Origin: Octopus vulgaris
Taxonomy: Eukaryota
Reading direction: 5' to 3'
Assembly: GCA_951406725.2 (NCBI GenBank)
Contig: OX597836.1
Span: forward strand, 868,001 to 932,000
Length of the DNA stretch: 64,000 bases
Below the pieces are notes generated by a model. The model saw only the letters and a program-made list of their open reading frames with translations, was not told the origin of the DNA and did no database searches. Below, piece by piece: positions 27,060-41,318 of this stretch. Made by a program: the position numbers and the translations under genes. How positions within the stretch are numbered: position 1 is the stretch's first letter; each line of letters starts with the position of its first letter.

Positions 27060-27222
27060 GTTCAAAATAATTTTACATGCTGAGTTCAAATTCCACCGCG
27101 GTTGATTTTAACTTTCATCATTTCGGAGATCGATGAACTAAATAGCAGTTGGGCACTGGGGTCGCTGTAATCGATTTATCCCCTTCCCTGAAACTGCCGG
27201 TTTATGCGTAAATGTGAAACTA
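27060..27222 (+). mobile_element. SINE family B
   Basis: ctgagttcaaattccaccgcggttgattttaactttcatc...gcactggggtcgctgtaatcga. Confidence 0.75.
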
Positions 27223-28075
27223 TTATTAATATTATTATTATTATTATTATTATTATTGTTATTATTTGCTTGCTGCCAAAAACAATAAGTGCGGTTTTAT
27301 TTTCACCATTGATGCTTAATTTAGAACAATCGTTCGTTTATCTCTGTTGATGGGAATTTGAAGAGCAGATCTCGGCCGATTGATTTACGGTTTTGGTTTT
27401 TTACTGTTTATCCTCGTTTATTTTTGGCTGTCAAATTAAAAATGACTGAAAGCACACTGCAGCGATTTTATTGTAGTGGTTCAAAATGGGATATAAGCCT
27501 AGGGGAACGTCAACCAACGTACATCTCATCACTATGGAAAGAAGAGAGTTGAGGATGAGGAACGTCACGTGCGATCTTTTGTGATTGACAACGACCGCCT
27601 GAACGGTGCACGAAAGGTTTCGAATCTAAAGCCGGACTATTTAACAGCTGTTCGATATTTTTACATTGGAGAGTACACACGCACACACACATACACACAC
27701 ACTCACACGGTGTAGCCACGGCGAGGTTGTCTTTGAGAGTAGGTCTATCGGATCATATCTGACCTGTAGCCAAAAAAGAACACACGTCTAAGTAAAAGTT
27801 TGATGTTGATGGTGAGAACGTGTTTAGACCAACGTCTTCCGGATGAAGGAGGAGGAGGCGCTAAACACCATCCACGCAGGAGGACATCCACGCAGGCTGA
27901 CCATTTGGGAGGAGGAGATTGAAAATAAGGACACCTTAGATGATAAGAGACAGTGTGTGGGTGTTAAATAGGCTGAGAGGAACACACACACACACACACT
28001 GATAATGACATGTAAGGAAGCCGATAAAACATTGGTTTACCTGATATTCTGTTCGACAATAAATTGCTGAAGAAA

Positions 28076-28110
28076 TTCAACTTACCTGGAAAAGAGAACA
28101 AAAATAATTA
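28076..28110 (-). other. Candidate recursive splice site (zero-length exon / ratchet point), junction 28086|28085
   Basis: Minus strand taattatttttgttctcttttcCAG|GTAAGTtg: an AG-free pyrimidine tract and acceptor directly fused to a consensus donor. Confidence 0.55.
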
Positions 28111-28156
28111 TTATTATCATCATTTCATATATTCACAAAAAGCAAAAACAGTTTAG

Positions 28157-28192
<36 letters not shown>

Positions 28193-28704
28193 GTTATTAT
28201 TATTTCACCGACATAAGCATGTTATCATTTGAAGCTAACATGTTTTGCGGTATCTAGTTACGTCCGGTGAGGTTCTGAGGTCATGTGTACAACCACATAT
28301 GAATGAATTGATATGGACTTTTGGGAAAATTGGCTGAGTTAGACAAGCCGGTCTCAATATTCCTGCCATTTAGTAACTTAATTAGCACTTAATTTTGTCT
28401 TTTTAACTTTCGCAATGTATTCACACATTGTCCCAGAAACGTTGAAATGATCCATACACACGCAGACTTTCCAAATTATGTGTAATCAGACCAATGTTAG
28501 TCTATGAATATTTGGCAATCACAGAGTGAAATCTCTTTTAGAACAGAACGAAACATTCGCAAACGATTCCAGTCCCAATTTATTCACCAACTTAACAGGA
28601 TCAACTTCTTCAAGTTGACTGTGGAAGATTGTTCGTAAAGATTAAGGACTTTAGGGGAACTTACTCATGTTCTCTCTCTCTCTCTTTATCTATTTATCTA
28701 TCTA

Positions 28705-28765
<61 letters not shown>

Positions 28766-29122
28766 ATCATATCATATGCACACACAATACAGCAATACTG
28801 TGTACATGACTAATCAGGTAATCCTGTGAACGCTAATACAACTAGCAAAACCAAGATAATCTTTGCGTTGAGTTTTTGTTCTGTGTTCATAAAGTTATCG
28901 GATAAGATAAGTAAGGAAAAATGGTTTGATTTGCAAACGAAAATATTTATCAGCGAAGTAACATTCTGAAATAACATTTGATGAGAAAGAGAAAGTTACA
29001 GCGGCAAAATATAAATAGTTAAAAGGAAAAAGAAATGGAAAAAAGGGATTCTGAGAATATCGATAGAAATCTCTGCAAATTATTGATGTTGTCTCAAATA
29101 TTTATTAACAGTAAGTGCACTG

Positions 29123-29167
<45 letters not shown>

Positions 29168-29711
29168 AATAACGACAGCTGAGTGCACAACAAACATCAG
29201 TGATCTGACTCTCACCTGTACTCTTGACAAGAGATGCCAGTTAGTCTTTCACACCTACCAGGCTCGTTCTAATTAGTCCGAGTTGCTGGGTAATTTTTCG
29301 TTTGGAATTTAAATCGCTACAGAAATTTATTATTTAAAGTTAACATTGAATTTGAATAATATTTTAATTTTTACGATTATAGATAACAACAGGGGCTGTA
29401 ACTTCAGGGCCCAAGTCAGGCGCGTGTGGACGATGTCGAGAGAACATCTGCTATGAATGATATTTTTTGAGCCAGGACACCTCTAAGACGACCTACAGAA
29501 GCTGAACGAAAATAAATGAACTGCAAACAGACTCAATAAAAGGAGCCCGAGTTATTGGCTGCAACTACATACCTGAAGTTAGTGTTGGCAGAAAATAAAT
29601 CAGTTTGCAAATACGCGTTCACTTGACTAAATTTATATTTGGGCTAAGAACGAATAGCCCGAGTGTCGGAGTGTAATATACATATGATGTAATATAAATA
29701 TATATATGTGC

Positions 29712-29760
<49 letters not shown>

Positions 29761-29820
29761 TATATATGCATATGTTAGAGATTATTCGATACGTCCTTTA
29801 GTTAAAACCATGCACCTCTC

Positions 29821-29858
<38 letters not shown>

Positions 29859-30284
29859 TATACATGCTAACAAAGTATTACATTATGTTAACTGACAGAG
29901 ACTGAAGTCGAACAATAAATACAAGCAGAGCACAGTTATATGTGTGTCCTCCACCCATACGTCTTATACAATTGCTGTTATTTGCTAGAGAAATAAATCC
30001 GGCCGATATGTCACTTCAAATACGATCCATGTCACCCAGACATGTTTATTATTCATGATGCTGTATGTCACCCGAATACGAGTCTCATTCTGTCACTTGT
30101 AAATCATAAGCGAGTCAGGACTCTGTAACAGGTTTTCCTTCTTCCAGGTGCTTTTGTTCTTCGAGGCCCCTCCCCACACACACTCCCTCTCGAAGCCTTT
30201 CATCCATTAACTGAAAGGAAAATCCAGGCTGCACCGTTTAGACAGAAAGGAGATTGCATCCACCAGTCTTCTGCTGTTACACAT

Positions 30285-30395
30285 TACAGCTGAAGAGATT
30301 GCAGCAATGAGAAATGAAGTACCTTGCTCAAGGACATGGCTAGTTGAAGGATTCAACTGATGAATGAGCAGAGCACCCTCGGTATTAAGTCACGT
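30285..30395 (-). mobile_element. SINE family C-related fragment
   Basis: gcagcaatgagaaatgaagtaccttgctcaaggaca is the reverse complement of the family C body. Confidence 0.55.
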
Positions 30396-30467
30396 TTTAT
30401 AGGCGAAATATGTCGACTGGGCATTCAAGATAAAAGCCTTTCTGATATGTCTTGATGTACATATATG

Positions 30468-30596
<129 letters not shown>

Positions 30597-30800
30597 GATA
30601 GGTAGGTAGATAAATCATAAAATGTTCGAGGGCATGAAAGGTGAATATATTTATCGAACCGTTTGATATCCATAGAGTAACGGCCATTTTGCAGCCTTCA
30701 TCATGTTAAAATAATTTCAGCGCATAATAAATTATTTTGCATGGCTGCACCAATATGCTAGACACTGCACAGTGCTGATGGCTTCTTGCCTTTCCTCCGG

Positions 30801-31056
30801 TTGCCGGAGAATTTCTACGACTTCACCAGTCGCAATTTTTGGCCTCCAGATTCCTCCCATTTGTAACCCAATTGATTACCATGCGTGGGCTGTTGTCGAC
30901 AAAGACACCAACCGCTCTACCTGCAACACTAAAGCTGAGCTGGTGGCCGAGATCAAGGACATGTTCAAAGACCTTTTTAGGGGCTTAGTGAGGAGCACAT
31001 GCACAGGGTTCTGGAGCCGTCTTGAGACCGTAGTGGGAGCTGAAGCCATTATCTAG
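30801..31056 (+). pseudogene. Fossil Tc1/mariner-superfamily transposase C-terminus
   Basis: LPENFYDFTSRNFWPPDSS/(frameshift)CNPIDYHAWAVVDKDTN...NTKAELVAEIK...SRLETVVGAE matches the WPPxSPDLNPxD..W motif and the C-terminal RLxAVIxAxG helix. Confidence 0.85.
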
Positions 31057-31124
31057 TTGATGCCTTTGGGTTTGTGTTTTATTCTCCTTTTGTGCAAACT
31101 GTCAGATTTAGCCTGAACACCATA

Positions 31125-31170
<46 letters not shown>

Positions 31171-31868
31171 ACGTATGTATTTGTGTCAGAGAGACATGTT
31201 TCCTATAACGCGTGGTGATTATTCTGAACTATCTAACCGTAAACATTTCTAATAAGTACTCACGACCTCAAAGAACTGCTTGACTGCTCGAAACACACAA
31301 ACACACACAAGATATTGCCTATTTCCACGCTCAATACACCGTATACATTATGCATACTGTTGAACAATATTAACAATGCATGTGTATGTGTATATATATA
31401 TATGTGTGTGTGTGACTACAATACGCACAGATGCATAAAGAATATCTGGGATCAAATGAAATTTAGTTTAAATTACAAAAATATATTTTAAAGCAACTAA
31501 GCAGAACAAGCTGGTGTCGGTTTTATATATTATAATCAATGTTTGTACGAGCGAGTGTGAGAGAGGAGGAGAGAGAGAGGGGGGGAGGGAGAGGGGAAGA
31601 GAGAGAGAGAGAGAGAGAGACGGGAGGAAGAGGGGAAGAGAGAGAGAGAGGGGAGGAAGAGGGGAGGGAGAGAGAGAATGGGTAGACGGTGTGTGTGTGT
31701 GTGTGAAAATAGTGTTCGTTTTGGATTAATGGATTTCTAAGATAAATTCCATACCCACAGCTATATTGACCTATATATATATATATATATATACATGTGT
31801 GTACATGCTCCAGCACGACCGCAGCCGCGTTGCTGAAACGTATAACTGTCTGTCTGTATATGTGTGTG

Positions 31869-31918
<50 letters not shown>

Positions 31919-32556
31919 GTTTTGCCCATTTTCTGTGGGCTCATCCAAATTTATGGCACGTGCCCTTGTGCGTTTTGGCTCCCTTTTGTGTTAATTTTGA
32001 ATGTGTGTGCGTGTGCGCATGCGCGAGCATACACAGATAAATAATTGTTGTGTTTACACTCATTAATATGCATAAATATGTTTATGAATATATTAATTGG
32101 ATCATTTTGTAGTCCATCACACGCACGCGCGCGTTCTATCTAGCTCTCTCTCTCTCTCTCTCTCCCTCTGTGTGTATATTCATTCATACAAATATGCTAC
32201 AGATGGTCATCGGGAGTCAGATGTTCATTAAATATGCCAGATGTTGCATCCCAAAACAATGCGCCTCGGCGCCCATCACATCCAACCCCACCCCAACCCT
32301 ATCACAGACCACCCACCTCTTCTGTGCATCATTGGTTTTTTTTTTCTCATGACAATTGTTATAGGAGACCAACGACCCCCCCCCCCCCCACACCCGATCT
32401 AAAAAATTATGTCACAAACATTTTTAAATTCTGCTCCTCGCCCATCAAAATTCCTGGCCTTCGGTTGAAGTCAGAAACCATTGTTGGTTCTTTCAGTCAT
32501 ATTTGCCGTACAACAAACACACAATAACTTTCTTTGTTTCTCTGTCTGTCTACCTC

Positions 32557-32589
<33 letters not shown>

Positions 32590-32596
<7 letters not shown>

Positions 32597-32705
32597 GATT
32601 CAGTCATTGCACTGTGGCCATGTTGGGGTACCGCTTGTGGGATTTGTAATCGAATTTGACCCCAGTACGCATTAAAAAAATTCCTGTCGTTTTCTTTGCC
32701 GAACA
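32590..32705 (-). mobile_element. SINE family A 3' fragment
   Basis: cagtcattgcactgtggccatgttggggtaccgc...tttgccgaac. Confidence 0.6.
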
Positions 32706-33240
32706 CTATATCAAGGACACTTCAACAGGCGACGAATTTTATAAACTTCCGAGAGAATGACAACTAATTCTTTCCTGAAATATCTCGAAGGACACATATA
32801 AAGCTATGATAAAAGCATGTGAGTGCTTCGAGAGATTTCAAGCATTATATATTACGAAAGCCTGTGAGTGTGTTCTGACCACTTTGGGCCTTTGACATGA
32901 CAAACTGCAGCATTTAACCCCAGAGTTTACAGACACGTACATGCACGCACGCACGCACTTATATGAAATAGTTTACAAAAGAAAGGGCGTAAAAAAAAGG
33001 GAGTTACGTGAGGAACTTTAGCGCGATAGCTACGGTAATAATTAGTGTTTGTAGCGCTTCATTATGTCTTTTTATCTCCGTTGGTAGTCTTGGTATCGTA
33101 ACAGGTTTACCTCATCCGATTGTTAATACTTCATTCATCCGAAGAGAAACAAATGTGACGACACTCATATTCACTGCCCCACACACACAGGTTGGTGCGT
33201 TAGTATGGTCATTAACCATAGGTTGAGGCTATTAAAAGCG

Positions 33241-33452
33241 TATCTATCTATCTAGCTAGCTATTTATCTATCTACCTACCTACCTACCTACCTACCTACC
33301 TGCCTGCCTGCCTGCCTGCCTATCTATCTATCTATCTATCTATCTATCCACCTACCTACCTACCTACCTACCTACCTACCTACCTGCCTGCCTACCTACC
33401 TATCCACCTACCTACCTACCTACCTACCTACCTACCTACCTACCTGTCTGTC
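33241..33452. repeat. Compound tetranucleotide array (TATC/TACC/TGCC)
   Basis: Read directly. Confidence 0.9.
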
Positions 33453-33711
33453 TCCAATCATATATTTGTACCGTTACATATGAATATATTACTCTGTGCA
33501 AAACCTAACGCACATACTTGCACAAGCAAATATACATCCACACACACATATATATATCTCTGCAGATCGATAGCTGTTATTTATCACGAGCTATCTGTCA
33601 CATCTAATCAGGCCGTCGCCGTCTTATCAGCGAAAAATGGCGACAAGCTAAGGCGTGAAACAATCATCTGTTTTATCTTGTTCTTATCTCACACATACTT
33701 CATGGGCGCAG

Positions 33712-33752
<41 letters not shown>

Positions 33753-33820
33753 TACATGCATGTATTATGCATGCACATGCATATAAATATGTGCATATAT
33801 TCATACATAGATGGGCATGA

Positions 33821-33851
<31 letters not shown>

Positions 33852-34048
33852 GATATACTTACACGTACGCTCTTTCTTTCTATCCCACACACACACATAC
33901 TCACACACGTGTGTGTAGCTGGCTTCGTTATTTTCGCTTTTTATGTCTTTACGCTCGACAACAACAGGCAACATTTTCGCAAATTCACTTATTTTAATGA
34001 AATGGATGATAAAGCAAAAAGAAAAAAAAAGAAAGAACATTAATATGT

Positions 34049-34107
<59 letters not shown>

Positions 34108-34939
34108 TAGATATTAGTATACACACTCATATATGTGTGTGTGTGCATGTGTGTGTATATATGAACAGTAGCAGAAAGAGAGAGAGAGAGAGAGAAAGAA
34201 AGAGGGGGAATGTGTGTTGTGTGTGCGTGTCTGAGAGAGAGAGAGAACGTAGTAGGAATGAACCTATGACCTTGTAAACTTGAGCAAAATTCCATCATAA
34301 TAAATAAATAAATAAATGAATAAAAAATAAAAAAAACGCTACTAATTGTGTGTTAGAAATTCCGGTTTTATTCGGCACCTTTTGGAAAAGATTAGACAGG
34401 GATTGGAATTTTGCCCAGAGCAGACGATCGTTTACTCCCCCCTCCCTTCTCTCTTCTTTCTCTCTTTAATGATTAGCAAAGCTTTTACAACAATGGTGGA
34501 CAATTCTGTCGAAGTCTTTCTTTGAAATCTTTTTTTTTCTTTTATAAATTTTTCCGTTTTCTTTTCTTTGGAATACCTTTAGCTCTTTCCAGAATGTATT
34601 TCTAGCCGTTTCTTGTAGAATTCTTCTTTCTAAATTTCCTTTCCTTTTGCTCTTCTTGCATTTTTTCCGATTAGTTTTTATTTTTCATGTCTCAGATGTT
34701 TTTTTTTTAATCATATCTTTGTGTGTGTGTGTGTGTGTGGTCATGCACACATACCCTGACCCACACAAACACACAAACGCGTATATGCGTCTAGCAAGAG
34801 TGACTGATATATAAATAGATGTCACCCGTTCGTCCTTTTCTTTCTTCTCTTCCTTCCTTTCCTTCTTTCTAAAATTTTAATTATGACCGTCTTGGATACT
34901 TTTCAGTTTTCGAGCCGGACGAACCCGCGCTATTTACTT

Positions 34940-34989
<50 letters not shown>

Positions 34990-35175
34990 CGCATGAGAGA
35001 GTGATACATTGGAAGATTCGCATTTAGGAGGCGGTGGAAAGAATTAGCCCTATGGAGAGCGTAGTTTTGCTGGTTAACCAGTAAGATATTCGGTTCGATT
35101 CACGTCAGCGAATCAACTGATACATAATATTTCTTTTAATGTTCTTCATCAATCAATACTCAGCATCACACTCAC

Positions 35176-35326
35176 ACATCATCACCATCATCACCATCAC
35201 CATCACCATCATCACCACCATCACCATCATCACCACCATCACCATCATCACCACCATCACCATCATCACCACCATCACCATCATCACCACCATCACCATC
35301 ATCACCACCATCACCATCATCATCAC
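35176..35326. repeat. Minisatellite with an 18-bp unit (ATCACCATCATCACCACC)n built from ATC/ACC triplets
   Basis: Regular ITIITT periodicity in the ORF track reflects the 18-bp unit. Confidence 0.85.
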
Positions 35327-35394
35327 TTCACACAACACCAATGCCATCACACACAGCCCCCCCCCCCCAACTCGAGGAAACACGAACCTCTACG

Positions 35395-35560
35395 TAGTCA
35401 TTAGACCAGCTAGACATAACAGCCAAATTTCCACTAGAAAAGGACGCGTTTGGTAATGCAGTCCAAAGATTACTACAAGTAAGAAAAGGAAGGGATGGTC
35501 ACAACTGGAATGTCTTTAATCACATATACACTCGAGCAAAACTGATCTGAGTCTAAACAA
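35395..35560 (-). repeat. Repeat family H copy
   Basis: gctagacataacagccaaattt...gggatggtcacaactggaatgtctttaatcac. Confidence 0.65.
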
Positions 35561-36038
35561 CAACATCAACAATAACTTCCATCTCGTATTTATTCTAGAC
35601 CAGCGACATCACTGCTACAACCACGACTCGGACCAAACCGAACACATCATAGAATAACCACCACCGCAGCCACCACCACCAACACCGCCACCACCACCAC
35701 CACCGCCGCCACCACCACCACCACCACCGCCACCATATTATTACATACAACCACACAGACATACTGCCGCACATTCAACACTCCCAACACATCAGCAGAC
35801 CAACAACACTGCGCCACTGCCACACCACCAACCCAGAACCACCACCACCACCACCGCCACTGCCTCCACCTTTAACCTACCGTGTTCCCCCTCGTTACGT
35901 GAAGATATTCAAATTAAGTTATCTTTACAAAATACACGGTTCGTTAAACAAGCGTGTGTGTGTGAGCGTATATATGCATCTATGTTTGAATGTTACTATA
36001 CACACAGGCGTGAATATATATGTACACACACACACATG

Positions 36039-36069
<31 letters not shown>

Positions 36070-36146
36070 TTACGTATGTGCGGGTATGTTATATACACAC
36101 ATGTACATATATGTATCTGCAAAGCCGCATGCATACATACATACAT

Positions 36147-36193
<47 letters not shown>

Positions 36194-36263
36194 TACATAC
36201 ATACATACATACATACATACATACATACATACATACATACATACATACACACACACACATGCA

Positions 36264-36323
<60 letters not shown>

Positions 36324-36789
36324 TACATACATACATACATACATACATACATACATACATACATACACACACACATACATACACACACACACACATACAT
36401 ACATACATACATACATACATACTGTATATGATTTATTTATACATCGACAACAAAAATCACTCGCTCCATATTTTCACTCACAACGTCAGTTTGCGTTATT
36501 CTTCGAAGGATTGTGTGGGAACAAGATGACGTAATGGCGTTGTATCCAAAGGCGCAGTTGCAAGGTCGATTCGCACCGATTCAAGCTGGTCACATGATCG
36601 AACCTGTTGCTTTCAGCGAAATCATCTTTGTTAAATTCATTTATGTGTTGCCGAGGGTTTGCCACTTTGGGTTGCGCGTGGCTGCTTAGGGCTCACTAAA
36701 ACCCATTTTAAGTCGATTTTTATGCGTTGCGGTGTCAAGGTGTCTAAAGAATTCGGAAACGCTTTTAGGGCGTATCACCATCCTCGGCG

Positions 36790-37157
36790 GCGGCGTGGCA
36801 AGGAAATTCCTTCTCCAACCCATGTTCCGGGTTCAGGCATAATGCGTGGCACCTTGGGCAAGAGTCTTCTACATTAACCACACCCGCCAACCAAATCCCT
36901 GTGAGTGGATTTGGTTGGCGGAAACTGAAAGAAGCCAGTCGTGTCTGTGTGTGTGTGTGTGTGCTATCCCTCATCATCGCTTGACAACCGGTACTTGATT
37001 GTTTACATTCTCTTGGCGGTTCAGAAGAAAATGAGACTGACAAAATAAATACCAGGCTTAAAAAAATAAGTCTTGGGGGTCAATTTGGTCGACTAAACCC
37101 TTCAAGGCTGTGCCGTAGCATGGCCGCTGTCTAATGACTGAATCGGGTAAACGAAAA
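36790..37157 (+). mobile_element. tRNA-derived SINE family A, full length, degenerate
   Basis: gttccgggttcagg...tgcgtggcaccttgggcaag...gtgagtggatttgg...ggaaactgaaagaagcc...gcatggccgctgtctaatgactga. Confidence 0.85.
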
Positions 37158-37469
37158 ACATTATATACAGCAGCATCAGCGTCATGCAGGGATGAGGAGT
37201 AAACAAACTTGCGGTTAGTTAAAATATGTTTCTGATATATTTTAGCTTCCAAAGGTAAATTCCCCGCAGCTACCTCGGAGACAACATTTTTTTTCTTATG
37301 ATAAAAGGTGTGGGGAATCGGCTGAGAGGAAGCACTGTGAGAGGAGCGCGTTTTCACACGTTTTACCATTGGAGAGACTGTTTACCCTTAGGTATCTGCA
37401 GTGAATTTGCCTTTCGAATTTAAAATACACCACAAACATATTTTAACTAATCTGAAGTTCACACACACA

Positions 37470-37513
<44 letters not shown>

Positions 37514-37545
37514 AATGTTATCGATTGCATTGTACGCATTGTACC

Positions 37546-37915
37546 TGTTTTGTTTACATACCGAATTTGTTGCGGTATAGCGCCAAGCGAAGGCTCTCCT
37601 TACAATGTTGAACACCTTGAAGTCAAAGACCAGACCAGACGACTCGCCTCGGATTGAATCCGGAAGTGGTAGCTACCGACATTTCGCCATTATTGCGGAT
37701 TAAAAATATTGCACGCTGCGCCACATCAGCAAATAATTTTCATTCTATTTGTATATAAAGTCAGAGACCAGAGAGCCAATTCGTCTCGGTTTGATCGAAG
37801 GCGAGTTGTCTCGGCTGTTTTTTGACACTCCGTTGTTCTTTAGCACTCAATGTCGTTGTAGGGCCCCCCCCCCACCGGCGCTATCCCGCAGCAAATTCGG
37901 AATATAAACAAAACA
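37546..37915. mobile_element. Foldback element with inverted arms of about 115-130 bp and an internal tRNA-like head
   Basis: 37546-37584 versus the reverse complement of 37877-37915 has 4 mismatches in 39 bp; similarity continues inward (gactcgcctcgg / ggcgagttgtc). Confidence 0.75.
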
Positions 37916-38009
37916 CATACACTATGTGTGTGCGACCTACAATGTTTACATTAATAGAACTTGTTTTAATTCCTTTATATATATATATATATATGTATGT
38001 ATATATATG

Positions 38010-38052
<43 letters not shown>

Positions 38053-38494
38053 ATATATTAGAGAGAGAGAGAGAGATGTTCATAAACGGATATACGAGAG
38101 GAAAAGAAAAATACTCTATACTTGAAGAAGAGTAATACATAATTGAGGGGAAGTCGAAACTTCGCAAAAGTGTTAAAGCGAGTGTCTCCTCGTTGCGAAC
38201 TGGGACTCGGGCGCGCAAACGTTTTCTTGAATAAACAGTCTTTTAGGAAATGACAACGTCCCTCTTTGGAACAGTGTTGTACAATCACGAATACACGCAC
38301 ACACACACACATGAATGCATACATACATACACACACGCACACATACACAGATACACACATATAGACAGACAGATGTACTTGTGTGTGATTAAAAGTAGAA
38401 AAAAATATCATCATTTCTGACGATCCCCCAGCCCGCTATCTCCACCACCACCACCACCACCACCACTACCACCGCTGCCACCGTCTTCATCCAG

Positions 38495-38529
<35 letters not shown>

Positions 38530-38764
38530 TACCCATGTGACTTTGTCTGAATCTTCTTCATTCCTCCTGTGTCTGTGTGTCTTGCTCAAGGGAGTAATCT
38601 CAGAATGTTTTCAACTCTTATCGTAGCATCGTTTGATTTTACATCTTATCAGTCATATTACTGGTGTCAGTAGTGGTGGTCATGGTGGTGGGAGTGGCTG
38701 TGATGATGAGGGTGGTGTTAGTGGTGGGTATGCTGGAAATAATATTTCTGATGGTGGTGGTGTT

Positions 38765-38945
38765 GTAGGTTAACCCAAGCCTGCCTTGATTGAGCAAACT
38801 CAATCGAACCGTGACCATCCCTTCGTATTAGGAACATCACTAAGACAGCATTATCTGGTGTTCCCTTTTCTTAAGTCAGTGGTGGGATTAAAGTGAAATT
38901 TCGCTATTATTTTTAGTAGGTCAAGTGACCATGTACAGGCTCGCT
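38765..38945 (+). repeat. Repeat family H copy
   Basis: gattgagcaaac...gtgaccatccc...gctattatttttagtaggtcaagtgacc. Confidence 0.6.
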
Positions 38946-40049
38946 TCTATTGAGGAAGATGGTGGAAGTGGTGGTGGTGGTGGTGGTGGCGGTGGTGGCG
39001 ATGACGGTGATATAGAAAAGCTAAGAAAACGAAGTTAGTCATTTCAGAGGACAACTACGGCGTTTGGTGCGAGTGAAACCGAGAAGAGAACGTTTCCATG
39101 TTTACTTCTGGTTTAAGAACGACTTTGTAATAATTGCTGGAGCACAGTTTTAATATCACTCACACACACACACACACGGAGTAAGTGGTCTGAGGGAAAT
39201 AGACACACACGTACATTTACTGTGAATACTCTTGCAATTAAAAGACATACTTTCCAAAGCAAGCCAGTGAGATAAACTCCAATAATACGAACAAATTTCA
39301 AATTTTGGGAAAATAAAGACAATGCAGGTAGAAGTGGATCTTATCTTCAAAGCAAAACCGGTGAAAACGATGGATGCTTGGAGAGCTCAGATCGCATCAG
39401 CAAAGCATATTTCACTTAAGTCGATCAGACAAGGAAGTCTTCATTAAAGAGGAAGAATGCGCCCGACCACACGCAAACACATAAATGTATTGACGAGCAT
39501 GTAATATATATACATATATATATGTATATACAGGCATGCACACACACGTGGGTGGGTGTGCGTATATATATATATATATATGCGTGTTTTTATGTGCGCC
39601 TGTGTTTGTATGTGTGTATGTATGGAAGGATGTATATAAATTCGACTTTTCCAGGCCATCATCTACTAAGGAAGTGAAATGTGGCGTCTTCAGAGGATTC
39701 TCAGAGATTCAAACATAAGGAATAATGCGAGATCTTCTTTCAGTAATTCCTGCGCAATTCTTCAATTCACATAACTACATCTAAAGAACAGAGGGAACGG
39801 TTTCGCTCCCGCTGCGCCGCGCCAATCCCGCAGGAATACATCGGCTGAAATCATTTCAAGAAACTCCCACACGCCAAAACCACACGCACGTGCACTCAGA
39901 CCTACACACAGATACAGAAGAAGCAGACTGATGGAGATAAACCCATACATAATTACACACATACCACGTAACCATTTCTACAGAGAAGATATTCTGCATA
40001 ACTCTGCATGTGCCGCTCCATCTCCCTCACATTCTCTCTCTCTCTCTCT

Positions 40050-40086
<37 letters not shown>

Positions 40087-40186
40087 TATAGGTTCACTTC
40101 AACAGCATATGGCATACATTGTCAGTTTATCTCTGTATAAGGACCATAGAATACATTCTCCTTCAGTTTCACTACTTAAGCTGCTG

Positions 40187-40228
<42 letters not shown>

Positions 40229-40236
40229 TATATATG

Positions 40237-40295
<59 letters not shown>

Positions 40296-41028
40296 TTCAG
40301 CTATTGATAGACAAACACAGACATGGGCAGATCGACATAAATGTAGCACCTTAGAAATTTGTCATCTCCCTGCAACAGACAGAAGAAGCTAAAAAAATGG
40401 TAACACAAACAGCAGACACACAGACTGACAGACAGACATACAGATAACTCTGCAACTGAAACCGTCCTCCAATGCCCGTCCCCCCCCCCCCGCCTCCGCC
40501 ACCACAAACACTACAGAGATGATTCAGACGAGAGGTCGGTGCCCCGCCGCCCCTCCGCACCACCCCGTCTGTTTTGTGGGTTAAACAAACCAACCCTACA
40601 TCAAAACAGGAGCCGTCCTCCCCCCACCCCGTTCACCTCTACCTCACTTCCCCCACCCTCACTACCCAAATCTTTATTTTTTGTTTTACCCTACACTGCC
40701 ACCCTTTCTCCCCCCTCTCAGCCCTTCTTCTTCTTCTCCCTCTTTAACAACGTGCCTGCCTCATCTTTACGTCCACACCGTTGGCCCCCACCCCACACGC
40801 CACCCCCACCGCGCCACCATCTTCCAATGATTCTCGATGAAGAACAATGCACGAAATTCAGAGAATTACTCTTTTACCAACAAACAAAAGAATGTGGAGC
40901 TCAATGCATAAGACGCGTCTGCGAGTGGAAGTGTGAGGCGGGGAGAGTGTGTACGAGCGCCTACATGTGTGTGGAGATGCACACATGCACATGTGGTGTG
41001 CGAGTGTGTGTGTGTGTGTGTGTGTATC

Positions 41029-41069
<41 letters not shown>

Positions 41070-41226
41070 GATACATAGATACGTATGTAATAAAGATACA
41101 TACACACAAACACATACATATTCTTAAACACATACACACACTAGTTTCACTCCAACATATGGGCTTTCTTTTACAAACAGGTATAGAAGCGCGCGCACAC
41201 ACACACATACACACTCTCTCTCTCCC

Positions 41227-41266
<40 letters not shown>

Positions 41267-41318
41267 TCTCTCTCTCTCCCGTCTTTCTTTCTCTCTCTCT
41301 CTCCCTCTCTCTCTCAAG

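Noticed and set aside
29250-29675. Possible DNA-transposon remnant with terminal inverted repeats
   Set aside because: End similarity is too weak to call by eye.
40379-40399. 21-nt microexon-like TEEAKKM (tgcaacag|...|gtaaca)
   Set aside because: The donor is mediocre and I could not link partner exons.
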